Source: Patescibacteria group bacterium
Lineage (GTDB): Bacteria; Patescibacteriota; UBA1384; XYA2-FULL-43-10
DNA length: 17,571 nt
Assembly: GCA_041674405.1 (NCBI GenBank)
Contig: JBAYVT010000007.1
Coordinates: forward strand, 1 to 17,571
Reading direction: 5' to 3'
How positions within the stretch are numbered: the first letter of the stretch is position 1; every line of letters starts with the position of its first letter. Position numbers and translations under genes: made by a program. Below the pieces are notes generated by a model. That model saw only the letters and a list, made by a program, of their open reading frames with translations. It ran no database searches and was not told the DNA's origin. Positions 15,945 through 17,571 of this stretch are shown here, piece by piece.

Positions 15945-17522
15945 ATGAGTGCTAAATCAATCGCTCTCTGCCGGGTGTCAACACCAGAACAGAGAATTGA
16001 GGGCCATAGCCTTGAAAGACAAGAGGCTAGTGTTGTAAAAGCCTCTGAGGAACTTGAATCGCCAATCGTTAAGACTTGGTCACTTGACCAGTCGAGTCGA
16101 GTTGGAAAAAATCTAAACCGCAGAGACCTGAAAGAAATGCTGGACTTTTGCAAACTGAACAAACAAGTTAAGTTTCTAATCATAGACGAAGTTGATCGCT
16201 TTATGAGAGATATCAAGTACTTCTATTATTTTGAAGCTGTATTTGAGCAACAAGGTGTAAAAGTATGGTATGCATCACAGCCAGAACTAAATACAAATGA
16301 CATGATGGGAAAGCTCCAAAAGCTCTTCTTAGTATTTAGAGCAGAAGCCAGTAACGATGAAAGGACTTGCAAATCATTAAAAGGATTAAAGGACCGCATA
16401 GCGAAGGGATATTGGCCATTTCCGCTCCACCAAGGCTACATTAAAGGCTCAGAACCAGGTTTGCATATTCCAGATCCTGAACGATATAATTTGCTCCGAG
16501 AGGCATTCGAAGAGGTTCTAATAAGGCGTTTTACAGTCAATGAAGCTTTGGATCGGCTTAATAATAATGGGTACAAATCTCCAAACGGAAAACCCCTCCG
16601 GATTGATAAATTCAGAGAACTATTAAAAGACCCATATTATGCGGGTGCGCTTAGAGTTGAGTCATGGGATAAAGAATTATGGAATGATAACGGATTACAT
16701 GAGTCTCTGATAACTATGGAAATGTGGGAGGAGCTTCAGCTTGTTGTCAATAATAAAATGCGCAAATTCCAACGAAAACAGCACAATCCAGCGTTTCCAC
16801 TATCAAATCTATTTTATTGTGATGAATGTGATGAGAAAAAAATCGTTGGTTATATCCATAGGAATGGGAAGAGCAATTGGACAGGCGAAGAATATCGTTG
16901 TAGGGGATGCAACAAAGTTATTAAAAAGGACGATCTTCATTCAACGACTGACACTTTTTTCGATAGCATAAAAATGCTTGAAAGTAACACACACGATTTT
17001 AAGAGTGCTTTGCGTGAAGTTTGGGCGGAAGAGCAGAAAGAAGGCTTCAATCGGACTAAACAGCTTAAAATTAGGTTAGAAAACCTGAACACTGAGAAAA
17101 ATAAGCTTGCGGTTGGCATAGTTATGAATCCGGAGCTTAAAGATGATTTGGCTCAATCATTAGAAGAGAAAAAGACTCAAATCAAGAATGTCGAGAAGGA
17201 AATATCGGAAGCAGAGAACATAGAGAGCGATTTCCTCGAGTTTGTGGAGTTTTCGATTGATTACATCAAAGATCTCAAAGCTAACTGGTGGGATCTTGGA
17301 CACGATGAACGGCTAGAGTGTAAACATTTGATAACAAAAGACAAAATTTTTACAAATTTCTCTGAAAAAGTTTACACACCAGAAATTAGTCCTATTTTGA
17401 AGCTAATTTGCAATATAAAAGGGGCAGAAACTGCCCCAAAATCCCAAGTGGTGGAGGTGAGGGGAGTTGCACCCCTGTCCAAAAGGCTTCAAACATATCG
17501 TCTACAAGTTTTGCCTTGGTGA
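15945..17522 (+). CDS. Large serine recombinase / integrase
   Basis: IALCRVSTPEQ with catalytic Ser, QSSRVGKNLNRRDLKEML, DEVDRFMRD, recombinase domain with DPYYAGALRV, CDEC/CRGC zinc ribbon, coiled coil. AGGAGG RBS at 15932-15937. Track start 15861 (TTG) lies inside the structured leader. Confidence 0.9.
   Translation: MSAKSIALCRVSTPEQRIEGHSLERQEASVVKASEELESPIVKTWSLDQSSRVGKNLNRRDLKEMLDFCKLNKQVKFLIIDEVDRFMRDIKYFYYFEAVFEQQGVKVWYASQPELNTNDMMGKLQKLFLVFRAEASNDERTCKSLKGLKDRIAKGYWPFPLHQGYIKGSEPGLHIPDPERYNLLREAFEEVLIRRFTVNEALDRLNNNGYKSPNGKPLRIDKFRELLKDPYYAGALRVESWDKELWNDNGLHESLITMEMWEELQLVVNNKMRKFQRKQHNPAFPLSNLFYCDECDEKKIVGYIHRNGKSNWTGEEYRCRGCNKVIKKDDLHSTTDTFFDSIKMLESNTHDFKSALREVWAEEQKEGFNRTKQLKIRLENLNTEKNKLAVGIVMNPELKDDLAQSLEEKKTQIKNVEKEISEAENIESDFLEFVEFSIDYIKDLKANWWDLGHDERLECKHLITKDKIFTNFSEKVYTPEISPILKLICNIKGAETAPKSQVVEVRGVAPLSKRLQTYRLQVLPW
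17415..17437 (-). terminator. Intrinsic terminator downstream of tmRNA
   Basis: ggggcag-ttt-ctgcccc on the minus strand followed by TTTTA. Confidence 0.7.
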
Positions 17523-17571
17523 TTTGTTCGAATAATAGCTCAACCAAGGCAGAAAACTATTATCTTATCTC
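17449..17571 (-). ncRNA. ssrA: 3' part of transfer-messenger RNA (tmRNA), truncated by the window edge
   Basis: Minus strand ends ...cttgtagacgatatgtttgaagccttttggacaggggtgcaactcccctcacctccacca, typical of the tmRNA tRNA-like domain with CCA; upstream 9-bp helix tgccttggt/accaaggca. Confidence 0.85.

Larger units (their letters stand above)
9100..17449. mobile_element. Putative integrative element inserted at the tmRNA 3' end; left boundary not resolved (start is approximate)
   Basis: Serine recombinase adjoining ssrA, followed leftward by TA, nuclease, membrane and hypothetical genes. No left att copy found. Confidence 0.4.

Noticed and set aside
1-17571. CRISPR array, retron reverse transcriptase or transposase
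   Set aside because: No regularly spaced repeats, no RT motif and no transposase-like ORF seen.

Overview
This 17.6 kb window appears to be bacterial. Gene style (compact minus-strand operon, short winged-helix and zinc-ribbon proteins) suggests a Patescibacteria/CPR-like genome, but that is inference only. The left part (1-8.35 kb) looks chromosomal: a Gly-rich-tailed protein open at the left edge, a PlsC-type acyltransferase, a GNAT, an amidohydrolase with a candidate attenuator leader, a minus-strand operon (P-loop kinase, LMW-PTP-like, DUF2164, GGCT-like, ATP-grasp-like), and a GT2 glycosyltransferase. The right part (about 9-17.45 kb) looks like an accessory or defence-type island ending in a large serine recombinase whose ORF runs antisense into the 3' end of tmRNA (ssrA). 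The island has a DUF4145-like protein, a Panacea (DUF4065) antitoxin with a toxin-like partner plus a third gene, a membrane-anchored Mrr-like nuclease, and two small membrane proteins. Three structured non-coding elements stand out. (1) Two perfect, interleaved inverted repeats (9 and 10 bp, order a-b-a'-b') lie just upstream of the recombinase RBS, either a pseudoknot or a switch. (2) A self-contained minus-strand small RNA of about 139 nt at 14572-14710 has its own extended -10 promoter, paired 5' and 3' ends, and an intrinsic terminator. (3) A multi-hairpin RNA with GNRA loops lies at about 8543-8663. No CRISPR array was seen. All family names are my reading of motifs; no database search was run.
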